Part shown: positions 50,790 to 63,499 of the stretch, in pieces
How positions within the stretch are numbered: position 1 is the stretch's first letter
Layout: every line of letters starts with the position of its first letter
NCBI RefSeq assembly: GCF_963921235.1
Contig: NC_086107.1
Span: 95,048,001-95,112,000 of the forward strand
Length of the DNA stretch: 64,000 nucleotides
Reading direction: 5' to 3'
Source: Mobula hypostoma
Lineage: Eukaryota
Position numbers and translations under genes: made by a program
The notes under the pieces: model-generated
Told to the model about the DNA's origin: nothing
The model's input: the letters and a program-made list of their open reading frames with translations, nothing else
The model's database searches: none

Positions 50790-51520
50790 AAATGGCGGGA
50801 TTATTCCGTTGCCGGCAGGCGGTCCCGGGTACAGGGCAGCTGGGCGCCGACAGCTTCTTCCGCGCTTGCGCACCTTTTTAAACCACTTCCCCCCCCCACA
50901 AGGTCGTCGCTTCTACATGCTGCTGTCCACGGTTTTAGCGTACTTGCTCACCGCCCAGTACGCATGCACTTCTTCATCGTTCCTCTCTTCCTTTCTGCCA
51001 GTCCGTCTGCGCTCAGCTGTCCCCTCCTACTACCGTATCCTGCTCTCTCCTCAACTCTCCGCCGGTACGCCTGTGCCGTGCCGTCTCTCCTCAACTCCCC
51101 GTCGGTTCCCGTTGCCGGTACGCCTGTGCCGTGCCGTCTCTCCTCTACTCTCCGCCGGTTCCCGTTTCCAGTGCGCCTGCTCACTGCCGACCGAGTAGGG
51201 ACCGCCCCCCTTTTATAGTTGGAAGGGGGAGCGGCGGACAGTTGGCGGTTCGGTGGGTCCGGGCTCTCTGCCCTCTCCTGGCCCGATGCCGAGCGGGCCC
51301 CGGCTCCAGGACTGGGCCAGTAGCCCGGCCCACCTACAGTTCAACCGGTTCGTGCTGGGCGGCTACCGGCCCGTGACCCCGCTGCGAGGCTGTGTGAGCA
51401 GCCTGTTCTACCTGCATAACGAGCTCGGTAACATCTACACCCACGGTCAGTGTCCGAGAGGGGAGTCCCAGAGGGAAGGACGGGATGCTGGGGGGCGGGA
51501 GCGGTCCAGAGCCACTCTCG
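50790..51520. promoter_or_regulatory. CpG-island-like promoter/5' region of PAQR4
   Basis: Dense CpG in GC-rich non-TE sequence around the ATG; 53-bp tandem duplication at 51061-51166. Confidence 0.65.
51286..51445 (+). CDS. PAQR4: Progestin and adipoQ receptor family member 4, first coding exon; later exons not seen in the window
   Basis: MPSGPRLQDWASSPAHLQFNRFVLGGYRPVTPLRGCVSSLFYLHNELGNIYTHG vs human MAFLAGPRLLDWASSPPHLQFNKFVLTGYRP...LFYLHNELGNIYTHG; donor g|gtcagt; adjacent to KREMEN2 as in human. Confidence 0.93.
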
Positions 51521-53398
51521 GTGTGTGTGGGGTGGGGGCAGAGATCCAGGGTAGGGTCATGGGCAGCCAGCTCGGGCCAGTACAACGAGCTCGGTAACAT
51601 CTACACCCAAGGTCCCAGTGACCTAGGGGAGGGATTGTTCCGGGTGGGGGGAGGTAGAGGAGAGGTGGAAAGAGGTGTTGATCTGGGGTGGACGGGGGAG
51701 AGGGAGGTGGGTTTACGGGCCGGGAAGTGGGTTGACCAGGGTGGTGGGAACGGACGGGAGAGTGAGGTGGGGGAGGTTGGTATGATGGGGAAAGGAGGGA
51801 ACGTGGGTTGATGGGATGGAAGAGTTGGAGCAGATTGGTGGGATAGGAGGGGTCGGTGGCTTGCCACGGGGTATGAGGGAAGAGAGTAGGTTGGTAGGGT
51901 GGAGAACCAATCTGTTTCCAGCCTCCCTCTGTGGCCCATCACCTTACAATAGACAATAGGTGCAGGAGTAGGCCATTCGGCCCTTTGAGCCAGCACCACC
52001 ATTCACTGTGATCATGGCTGATCACCCACAATCAGTATCCACTTCCTGCCTTATCCCCATAACCTTTGATTCCACTATCTTTAAGAGCTCTATCCATCTT
52101 TTTCTTGAAAGTATCCAGAGACTTGGCCTCCACAGCCTTCTGGGGCAGAGCATTCCATATATCCACCATTCTCTGGGTGTGGAACCACAGCCAGCCAGCC
52201 AACCTCCTCTGCCCAGCATCCTGTCATCCCAGTCCCCATTTCCTTGAGCCTGTTCCATTCACCCCAACAAATCATCCAATCAAGTCTGTTTGTGTGAAAT
52301 CCCCTTCCCCTCCCCAGAGAAGTGTTGCTTCCTTGCAGCATCCTGGTGGGTTTCCATGAAGGAAGCAGGTGTTCAGCCACCTTCCTGGGGTGAAGGAGGC
52401 TCAGGGGTGACCCGATGTGTGTGAAAGATTATCCCAGGCATCAATGGGGGAAGGAGAATCTTTGTTCCTCCACTTTTCCCCTGTGGAAGCAAATCAAGGG
52501 GTTAGGTTTTGGGAGAGAGGAAGGAAGTTTAAAGAGGACTGTTGGTATGCATGTGTGAGTTCGCCACAAGACATAGGAGCTGAATTAGGCTATTCAGCCC
52601 CTCGAATCTGCTCTGCTATTCCATCATATCTGATTTATTTTCCCTCTCAACCCCAATCTCCTATCTTCTCTCTGTAACCTTTGACACCCATACTAACCAA
52701 GAACCTATCAGCCTCCACTTTAAATATACCTAATGACATGCCTGTCACGGGCATCTGTGGTGATGATATCACAGATTCATTACCCTCTGACTAAAGAAAT
52801 TCCTCCATGTCTGTATTCTAAAGGGGTGACCTCATATTCTGAGCCCGTGTACTCTGGTCCTAGACTCTCCCACTATTGGAAACATCCTCTCCACATCCAC
52901 TCTGTCTAGGCTTTTCAATATTCTAAAAGTTTCAATTACAGTCCCTGCCATTCTTCTGATTCCAGTGAGTACAGGCCCAGAACTATCAAATATTCCTCAT
53001 ATGTTAACCCTTTCATTCCTGGGATCATTCTTACAAATCTCCACTGGACCCTCTCCAATGTCAGCAGGTCCTTTCTAAGATACGAAGCCGAAAACTGATC
53101 ATAGTACTCCAAATGCAGTCTGACCAATGCCTTATAAAGACTCAGAATTACATCCTTGCTTTTTGTATTCTAATCCACTGGAAATGAATGCTAATATTAG
53201 ATTTGCCTTGTCAAAGGCCTTCTGAAAATACAAGTAAACAACATCCACTGACTCTCCTTTCTCTATGCTGCCTCAAAGAATTCCAACAGATCTGTCAGGC
53301 AAACAACAGGAATTCTGCAGATGCTGGAAATTCAAGCAACATACATCAAAGTTGCTGGTGAACGCGGCAGGCCAGGCAGCATCTATAGGAAGAGGCGC

Positions 53399-53434
53399 AG
53401 TCGACGTTTCAGGCGGAGACCCTTCGTCAGGACT
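53399..53434 (-). ncRNA. Minimal type I hammerhead ribozyme motif
   Basis: Minus strand agtc-CTGACGA-agggtctccgcct-GAAA-c-GTC-gact; 4-bp stem I intact. Confidence 0.65.
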
Positions 53435-53450
53435 AACTCTTCCTTCAGTT

Positions 53451-53486
53451 AGTCCTGACGAAGGGTCTCGGCCTGAAATGTCGACT
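53451..53486 (+). ncRNA. Minimal type I hammerhead ribozyme motif (C>T change in the stem III palindrome)
   Basis: agtc-CTGACGA-agggtctcggcct-GAAA-t-GTC-gact. Confidence 0.55.
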
Positions 53487-56068
53487 GCGCCTCTTCCTAT
53501 AGATGCTGCTTGGCCTGCTGCGTTCATGAGATCTGTCAGGCAATTTTTTACCTTTACAACAGAGATGAGGAATTTCTTTAGCTAGAGGGTTGTGAATTAG
53601 TGGAATTCATTGCCTCAGATTTCACTAGAGGCCATGTCATTGGGTATATTTAAAGTGGAGGTCGATTAGTTAGTGTCAAAGGCTAAGGGCTGAATGTAGG
53701 AGAATGAAGGTTCATTTTATTATCAAAGCATGTATGCAGAATATATCTGAGACATCCAGTTAGCCATTGAATATAGAAAACCATACAAGTAGCTGAAAGA
53801 AAGACATCAATTTCCTCCCCCCACATGAAAAGAAAAAGAAACAAAGCCTTGCAAGCCCCAAACACCCTAGTGAGATTGAGAGGGATGATAAATCAGTTAT
53901 GATTGAATGGTGGAGCAGACGCAATGGACCAAATGGCCTAATTCTGCTATGTCAGGAATTTGATGGAAAGGCTTGATCGGTGTGTCAGAGCATCAGGAAA
54001 CTGATGGGAGGTGTTTTTGGAGGAAATATTGTTGGATCATCAGTGAAGCAATTGGTCTGTGCTGTGTATTAACATGGGTTGGAGGTGTGCTGAGAATGCA
54101 CACTGTGTAACGGTCTCTGGCTGCAAAGCTCCAACACCTCCTCCAGGACCTCTGTAAATCAGCCCTGACATGCACTTTGGGCTAATTGGTCCCCAGAGGA
54201 GCCTGCCTGAGTGAGCAACAGGGTAAACACCAGGCACTCGAGGGAGGTCACGGTTGGGGCTGGCTGTGCTTCTCCCAGCTAAGCCGTGCACCTGTCCTCC
54301 CCGTATCACTCATCCTTGTGTTGTTCAAGACCCGTCCGCCGTTCCCCTCCGTAGGTTGTCTGGACTGATGTCTCCCCCCCACCCCCATCACTGCAACAAA
54401 TGCGGTCGGCTCATGGAATGTGTGTGGGTGGGGAGGGGTGCCTTTGGTTTCTCTCCGCTGAAGCTCAGCCATCGGTGTGTGGGGCCCCCGTGTACTCTAC
54501 CATGCTCAGCCCTCAAACAGGCAGTTTGTATCCCTGGACCGGGATGCTGTGTAACTTGGTGTACTCTGTCCGGGTTACAGTAGACATTGAACATTGGCAA
54601 TCGTTTAGGCTGCCTTGTTTACCCATCTCCAGGCTCCCTGACCTGCTGAGCTCCCCAGCATTTTGTTGTGTGTGCATCTGCAAAATCTCTCGCTTATGAT
54701 AGATCAGAATCTGGTTTAATATCACCAGCAGACGTTGTAAAATTTGTTAACTTTGTGGCAGCAGTACAATGCAAAACATGATAATATAGTAAAAAAAACT
54801 GCACTACAGCAAGAATATACATATTAAACAGTTAAATTAAGGAAGTAATACAAAAAGAGAAATAAAAATATGTAATGAGGTAGTGTTCATGGGTTCACTG
54901 TCCACTCAGAAACCGGATGGCAGAGGGGAAGAGGCTGTTCCTGAATTGAGTGTGTCTCTTCAGGCTTCTGTACCTCCTTCCTGTTGGCAGCAACGAGAAG
55001 AGATCATGTCTTGAGAGGTGGGGGTCCTTAATGATGGATGCCCCCTTTTTCAGGCACCACTTCTTGAAGATGTCGTATGGGATACTATGGGGGCTAGTAT
55101 CCATGATGGAGCTGATTAATTTTACAGGTTTCTACAACTTCGATCTTGTGCATTAGCCTCCCCCCCAACCCCGTACCAGGCGGTGATGCTGCCTATGATA
55201 CATCTGTAGACATTAGCGAGTGTTTTGGGTGACAAACCAAATCTCCTCAAGCTCCTAATGAAATGTAGCTGCTGTCTTGCCTTTCCAGCTGCATCAATAT
55301 ATTACGACCAGGTTTGGCCCTCAGAGATATTGACACCCAGGAGCTTCAAACTGCTCACTCTCTCCACTTCTGATTCCTCTGAGGACTGGTGTGTGTTCGC
55401 TCATCTTACCCGTTCTGAAGTCCACAATCAATTCTGTGATCTTACTGATGTTGAGTGCAAAGTTTTTGCAGCACTCGTTTGCTCCTTATGCCCTCTCATC
55501 ACCATCTGAGATGAGATGGTCCTTATTATCTGCCTGACCTGCTCGTTCCACATTTTTTTCTCCCCCCCCCCCCACCCACGCCATCTCTATGTGGGGCAGA
55601 GGCAGATGCTGGTGGGTGGGAGGAGAGGCAGAGAGAAGCCACGGTAAGAAGAAAGGACAGCGGGGGTGGGGGTAAACAGGAAAAAGTGGAAACAACATGG
55701 ATGCAAGGGTGTGTAAAAATGAGAGTCTGTGGCTGAGCGGTAGCAATTGCAGTGCTTTGGGGTAGGGAGAGAGAGGAGGGAGAAGCAGTGTATGTGAGGG
55801 TTCATCATAATGGAAGACACAACAGCAAGCAGTGGGAGGGGTAAATTCTCAGAGTGGGACAGAGAGGGAGGTAAGGTGGGGCAGACAATGCGAGGGTGTG
55901 TCAGAACAAGGGAGAGAGACAGCACTGAGCAGTGGGGCCCCCAGGTCAGCGATAATCTGCTGTCACCCAGTAGATGATTAGGTTAGCCTAGCCCATAATC
56001 CCCACTCAGAGCAACTACTACTCTTCCCCACCCACCACCCTTCACGGTCTGAGGGGTTGAACCCATTA

Positions 56069-59000
56069 TGTTCTGTAACTCCAAATCTTATCGAAAGAAA
56101 AACATGGGAACCATGAGGTGCATGGCTACTTAGTCTTACTTTAATGAGACGCTTACCTGTGACATGGTGGCATAATAATGTATGCCATTTACATACTTTT
56201 ACATATAACCCATAATGAATTATGTAAACACAATACTTAATATATTTACGATACCACTCAAATATTACTGACATATTAAATACACCGCAATCCTCCCAAC
56301 TCAATACAGAATGGATCTCAACTCTCAGCTACTATATAGACATCCACAGCATAATAAATCCAGGAGCAGCATAGCTGGTGAGTTGTTGATTGTGGAGTGT
56401 GTTACATTATAATATGCAAGGAGGAAGTTGCTGAGCTTCTGATTCAGAGTAAGTGTAGTGTGTTCTGCTGACATTGCTCACAGAACGTTCTTTAGACTTT
56501 GGACAAAACTTTCCACCAAGCCATTTCTGGCTGGGTGGTACGGTGCAGATGTAATGCATCTTACTCCATTCATTTTCAGAAATGACTTAAACTGTTCCTC
56601 GACAAACTGGTCCATTGTCACTGACTAAGTGTTCTGGAGCACCAGTACTTGAGAAGAGGCTTCTCAACATATCAGCGGCGTGTGAGGCCATAGTGAAGGC
56701 CACTGGAAACACTTCTGGCCACTTTGTAGCTGCATCCACTACCACCAAGAAATTTGTGCCCATGAACGGTCTTGCAAAATCCACATGTGTCATCTGCCAG
56801 GGTAATGCAGGCCATACCCAGGGATGGAGAGATGCAGCTCTTGGCCTCATCTGGGCATGTCGGCATCCCAAACAGTGCACGGCTGCTCGATCTTCTGATC
56901 TATCCCAGGCCACCAGCAAACGCTTTGAGCCAATGCTTTCAACTTGACCACGCCGAGGTGACCGACGTGTAACTCTTCTGACATTTTAGCTCTCAGCATG
57001 GATGGTACAGCAACTCTCAATCCCCACATAAGGCAACCCCTGTCAAGGGGAAGTTCATCCTGGCACTGGTAAAAATGGGGGGAAATTGGAATTTTTGCTG
57101 CACATTCCAGCCATTTTTGCTTGCCATGTAGACCTGAGACTGTCTTTTTTTCCTTCTGGTTTCCTTTTGGATCAACTCTGCTGTAATTGAGAGATTTTTG
57201 ATTTGCATTGTGAAAAATACGTACAGGGAAGTGTCCTCTATTGTAAATTTTTCTGGTACTTCCTTTTCCAAGGGTAAAAGGGACATCCATCAGCATTTCC
57301 ACGATTAGTTGTCTTCTTGAATTCAATCTTGTAATTGTGTCCTCCAAGAATCAGAGCCCATCTCTGCATTCATTCATGCTGTTGCTGTTAGTGGAACACC
57401 CTTCTGTGGATTGAAGTTGGACACTTGTGGTGGATCAGTAATGAGCGTAAACTCTATCCCATACAAGTACTGGTTGAAACGTTTATACCCCACATCAAAC
57501 CTGAGGCTTCCCTGTCGATCTGTTGGTAATATTCTCTGCAGTGGTAAGGGAATGTGATGTAAAGGCTATGGGGCGTTCACTTCCATCAGTCATAACATGA
57601 CAAGATGGCACCGATACCATAACGCAAGGCTTCACAGGCAAGCTTCACTGGGTGATGTAGATAATGTGTCAGTACTGTGTCTGATGTCACCATTTCCTTA
57701 TTCTTTTGGAAAGCCACCTCCGACTGCTTTGTCCATTGCCATTTCTTCCCGATCTGTAGTAATGAGCCAAGATGTGAAGCACAGTAACCAGGTTCAGCAG
57801 GAGCCTGTGCTGAAATGAAAATGATTGCCTACTATGCCATTGATGTTTAGGGCAGCAATGAAAGTCCTCCATCTCTGATGGTATTCAGGATCTTCATCAT
57901 GTCAAAGCTTGCTCTCGATTTTTCACTACTGTTAGTCATGCAAGTGCTGGGTGGAGACTCAATAATACTGTCACGTTCGGATGTAGAAGGATTCTTCATT
58001 GCTGTTTCTGTAACAATATTGTTTTACAAGTCAGGGTTGTCAGCCCTGAGCTGACCCCACCCCCACCTCCCGAACCTGGAGGACCAGTGGACCACTCCTG
58101 GTCTGGCCTATACACATTGACCTATTTGTCATGGGTGACCCTGCTAAGAGCCAAAGCACAAGGCCTGACTCAGTCAACGTGGCTCTCCAGGATATTGAGG
58201 CATGCGAGCCTCCAAAATCAATGACAAGCTTGTAGTTCTCTTGGAGAAGGAACCTGTTATAGTAATTGACAAAACCTTCCCCTCCAGGAAGATTTGCAAA
58301 GATGTTCTCTATCCCTGGGCAGTGGGTATTGAGCTACTTCCAGTACTGTTTGACGGTGACCTTAAAATCACCACAGATCCTGACAGACCCATTCTTCTTG
58401 GCTACCGGGACCACTGGTATTGCTCAAGGGCTCAACACGACCTTGGAAAGAATTCCTTCAGCCTCCATGTAATCTAGCTCACTTACTACTTTATTACAGA
58501 GGCTATAAGGAACCAGATGGGTTTTTAAAACTCGTGCTATGCTTGTACGCTTCTCTAGCATCATACAGTACCTTTCTTAATTTGCTTTTAGTTGACTCTA
58601 TTGCAGGGGATGTGGCATGCAAATGAAGGATGGATCTCCAATTAAGTTGTTGTTTTCTTAGCCAGTCATAGCTCCACAATGCTGGCCCTCCTGTTTTTAC
58701 CACGTACAAGCCCAATGTGGCTTGTTGGTTGTTGGATTTCACTGATACGAATGACATTCCTATAGGAGTTATCTTTTCTCCAGTATAGTTGGATATCTGC
58801 AGGCTTCAGTTCAGCATCTTTAAAATGCCTTTCAAACTCATTTTGTGTAATGACTGAAACAGCCAAGCAATTGTCCAATTCCATTTTAATTAATTTGCTG
58901 TTCACTTCTGGTGTAAGCCATATTGGTCATTTCTGGTTAGTTTTCACATTGTAAATACCAAGGCTACTGAGTCTTTTATCACTCTCATTATCACATCATT

Positions 59001-60251
59001 CATCAGTAGCATGTAGATTCTTCTTGAAACTGCAATTGGACTTTTTATCTTTTTCTCTTCCCTGTACAGTCCATTTATTTTTGTCTGCCCAATGTGCCCT
59101 TTGTATGTGTCCTACTTTGTTGCATTTCCTGCAAGTTTTGCCTTTAAATCTGCATTGTATGTGAGCCCCTGCCACAACAGTAACACAATTTGTTTGGCTA
59201 GGCAGGTTTCTGTTTAGACATTGTAGTTTTGCTCACGCTCTCTTCATTCCTGACTGCAACTCAATTGCATCTCTAGCCGCGGTTTCCATTGATACAGTGA
59301 TTTAAAACTGCTCTTTTAAATCTGAGTTATGCTCTGGTTAGGAGACATTTTTGAATGCTTTCTTGTAAAATTCCACAAACTAAACAATCTCTCAGTATAT
59401 CATTAAACCCATTGATGAACTGGCAATGCTTAGGCAATTTCTTCAATTCAGCTGTGTAAGCTGAAATAGACTCCACATCCTTTTGATACTGCTTATGAAA
59501 CCTAAAGCGTCTGCAATCAACAATAGTTTCGGTTTTAAATGATCCTGCATTACTTTCATGATATCAGCAAAGCCCATTTTGACTGGTTTGGTTGCAATAG
59601 TCAGACTTCTTGGCAATCTTTATGCTCTTCCACCTATTGCACCCAGCAAAACTGGCACTGGTTTCTCATCGGCTATTCCATTTGCTTTTTAAAAAAACTG
59701 CTCAATTCATCAGCATACATAATCCAGTTATCTATTGTGCAATCGAACATGTCTACCTTTCTGATGTAGCCAACCATTTCTGCCTTTTTAAAAAATTTAT
59801 GATTATCACCTGGTACTCACTGTTTATAAACCCATGAACTTCTTCAGTTTTCCACCTTGTTTAACTTAACGAGTTGAGGTATTTGAAAGCAAATGGAATA
59901 GCCTATGAGAGGTCAATGCCAATTTTGCCCGCTTCTGAAGAAACACTTGCGGCATGTTTTTTTAAAACTTGAACATCTCTCTCTCCCCTTGAGAAGAAAA
60001 AAGAATGTGCTGCACTTCAACAGGTAGGGTTCATTTTAAAACTACCTCATCGCCACTTGTGTTTTGGAACTCCGAAAATTATTGAAAGGAAAACACAGGA
60101 ACTGGGAGATGCACATCTGCTTTGTTTTGCTCACTTATGATATGGTGGCGTAATAACATAACCCATTCACATACTTCATATGGGTTATATGTAAGAGTAT
60201 GTAAACAAAAAATGCTTAATCAAATATTACTGAAATATTAAATACATTACA
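56069..60251 (-). mobile_element. Degenerate Gypsy LTR retrotransposon, Mag-like, with both LTRs (ends approximate)
   Basis: Similar LTRs ~56069-56289 and ~60058-60251; PBS tggcgatgagg (60055-60045); gag start MVGYIRKVDMFDC; two CCHC-like knuckles ~59100-59190; protease IKMELDNCLAVSVI; RT N-terminus VRICGDFKVTV; integrase HVDFARPFMGTNFLVVVDAATKWPEV and LVSDNGP; many stops and frameshifts. Confidence 0.9.
57809..58247 (-). mobile_element. RTE-derived short non-autonomous element nested in the Gypsy element
   Basis: TSD aggagcctgt (57799-57808) / aggaacctgt (58248-58257); 5' part resembles RTE/BovB 5' UTR motifs as recalled, 3' part resembles an RTE ORF end (WRTFIAAL). Confidence 0.6.
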
Positions 60252-62901
60252 GAGCCTATGTGTGGCTGCAAGAGGGCTGCACAGTGCAATCCCACGTAAC
60301 AAGTTTCTGTAAACTTCTGGTTTTGAGAGGCGATGGAAGGTGTCAGATTCAAAAGATACCAACACAATCTCCACTCAATGCGGATCAGTGTCCCAGAGTC
60401 ACGCAGCACAGAAATAGGCCCTTCAGCCCAACTGGTCCATGCCAGCCCACATCCTTTCCTGAGCTTATCCCATCTGCCTGTATTTGACCCATATCCCTCT
60501 GAACCTTTCCTATCTGTGTACCAGTCCAAGTGTCTTCCTCTGGGAGCTCGTTCTGGCTGAAAGTCCTGACCCTTTAAACCTTTCCTCTCTCACCTTAAAT
60601 CTGTGCCCTGGAGGAGAGAAACCATGACCTCCCACTTTATCTATGTCCCTTGTGGTTTTATAAACCTTGGTCAGGTTACCCCTCAGCCTCCTTCACTCCA
60701 AGGAAAACTAGTCCGGTCTCTTCTTGCAACTCAAGCCTTCCAGTCCCGGGAATGTCCTGGTGAAAGTTTCCTGCACCATCTCCAGCTTATTCCCATGCTT
60801 CCTATAGCTGGGCAACCAGAACTGCACGGTGCAGCCTCACGGACATCATGTATAGCTGTCATCTCCCACTGAGGGTGGGGAACTTGCCAGCATTTATCAC
60901 CTACCCTTCATCTCCCTCTTGAGAAGGGGGAAGATAGGGGAGAGTTAAAGTGGCAGATGTGGAAAGAATTGGGGAGTGTCCCATGCAGATGGAGGTTAAG
61001 GGGAACTATTCAGAAACCAGTCCTGCAGTGAGAGACACCAAATGTTCTCAGGATAAGCTGCACAAACAAGCCACTGTCTCCGCTGTCAGAGCAGGAAGGG
61101 ATTTTTGTTAATAATTACTATTAAAATGCCTAAAGTGGGGATGTGGAGAGGGTGAGTCCAAATTTGTCCAGGACCATGAGCACAGCCTCAGAATAAAGGG
61201 AAGTCACTTTAGAATAGAGATGAGGAGAAATTTCTATAGCCCGAGAGTGGTGAATCTGTGGAATTCATTGCCCAACACAGCTGTGGAAGCCAAGTCATTG
61301 GGTATATTTAAAGAGGAATTTTAGAAGTTCTTGATTAATGTAGTAAGGGAGTCAAAGGTTATGGAGAGAAGGTGGGAGAATGGGGTTGAGAGGGATTATA
61401 AAATCAACCACTATTGAATGGTGGAATGGACCAGAGGAGAAATGTCCCGATTCTACTTCTATGTCTTATAATCTTAATCTTTCCCAGCCAGCAGTGTCCC
61501 CATTTCAAACTGTAGAGCTGGTCACCTTGAGGGGAATTAGCTGACGCTCCATTCCCTGTGATTGGATTAGCACACTGAGCCCCCGCTTGATGCACATCGC
61601 GTCCACTCCCATCTGCATCAGCCTCGTAGCCAGTGGGTGAGCCTATCCCCTGCCACAGACTGGGTGGGGGGTGGGATGTGATGGGTATTGGGTGCAGTAT
61701 TGCAGTTATTCAGGGCTGTGGGTGGTTGGAGAGGGAGCAGTGTTGTAAAATTCAACCCTCATCCCAACCATAGCGCGTCAAGAGTTTGAATAACACTGCT
61801 GTTAGGGCTGGGAAATCCCTCCCTTAACCTGCTTAATTCTCTTTTGTTCTCTATCTTTTAATCTCTCTCATTCTGCTGTCTGTCTCCATTTGCTTCTCCT
61901 TTTCTCCTTAAAGTCAAAGTGGAGTTTATTGTCAATTGCACAAGTATGTGACTTTCTCCAGCAGTTTGAAAATCAAAATCAAAAACTGTTTATTGTCACA
62001 CATAAGTACAGGTTCAATGGAAAAACTTCATACAACAGAATCTCAGACAGATAGCATCAGATATACAACATTCACAGGAAAAGCATCAACTAAACAGATG
62101 GAAAATGCAACAAAAATAAATAAAGTACTTTTTCGCGTAAAGTGATCAAAGTTAAGTAGCTGTTCTCAAGTCTGGTGGGATGTGCTTTCAGGCTTTTATA
62201 TCTTCTGCCCGATGGGAGAAGAGAGAATGTCTGAGGTGGGTGGGGTCTTTGGTTGTGTTGACTGCGTTACAGAGACAGTGGAAAGTGCGGACGGACTTCA
62301 TGGAGGGGAGTCTGGTTCCTGTGATGTGCTGAGCTGTGTCCTCACTCTCTGCAGTTTAATGCAGTCACAGGCGGAAATATGCCGTACCAAACTGTGATAC
62401 AGCTGTGGTGCATCAATTAAAAATGACAATGAAGGACACAGTCGGAACAAAACAAAATCTATTTTAGTGCTAAATAGTCACCTTATTGCTCTTCTGGTGT
62501 AATGATTAGGGCTGTGCAGATTGGTTCAAGAACTGAATGGTCAGTCATGGAGCATTGTAGCATTGAAATAGGCCCTTTGGTCCATTTACCCCATGCCGAA
62601 TGGTTATTCTGCCTAGTCACATCGACCCACACATAGACCATACTCCTCTCATCAATGTGCACATTCAAACCTTTCTTAAATGTTGCAGTCGAACCTGCAC
62701 CCACCACTTCCACTGGCGTCTTGTTCCAAACGCATACCACCCTCTGAGTGAAGAAGTTCCCCCTCAACCTCCCTTTAAATATTTCACCTTTAACCTTCAA
62801 CATGACTTCTAGTTCTGTGGAAATTTGCCCATCTATACTCATAATTTTGTATATTTCTATCATATTCCTTCGCCCTAGGGAATACAATCCTAACCTATTA
62901 G

Positions 62902-63499
62902 TGTCGTGGTTTCTCGTTTCTTACAAACAACAAGGAGACGCAGAAAATCCTTCAAGACGTTTTAAACTTTAATTTGCAAATCAAAGCTGAGACAATCAGA
63001 AAGCTAGTAGCTGACTGCCCATCGAGGCTTGTACACAGCATTTTTTATAGCAATCTCCTATCTTAGCTACATTATCATATCCAGACGGCCTGTGATCACA
63101 TATCATCAATACATCTGCTCTCGACCTTCCACTATCGTTTTACTCCCCAATTTAATCATGTCCTAGTTTACTTTTTAGACCAGATGTCCCCTCATCCCTA
63201 ACCACAGTTATTTCTTAATTGGTCTTGTTTTGACATACTGCCACATATTTCATTACCTTACTCGCCACCGTTATCTTCCTACTTGGTTTCATTCTAGTTC
63301 TCTTCATGAATTAATAGTGATTAGGTCAAAAGTCATGGCTACATAGTGAATACCCTCTATTCAGCTAGCAGTGGTTACATAGTAAATATAGAAAATATAA
63401 TGTGTGCATTTGAGTGAATACTGAAATACTGTTGAGTAAATATTGTAAATACTGTAATACATAGAAAATACAATGTATGCGTTTACATTTTCCAATATA
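62902..63499 (-). mobile_element. 3' LTR of an endogenous retrovirus (~600 bp)
   Basis: Minus strand: PPT aaagggcggat (63510-63500), TATAAAA ~63049-63043, ATTAAA 62973-62968, ends ...gaca at 62902, where it interrupts a CR1 fragment. Confidence 0.75.

Larger units (their letters stand above)
53303..53528. mobile_element. Penelope-like terminal repeat, inverted pair
   Basis: 80-bp inverted arms 53359-53438 and 53447-53526; 15-bp TSD agatctgtcaggcaa at 53288-53302 and 53529-53543. Confidence 0.8.
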
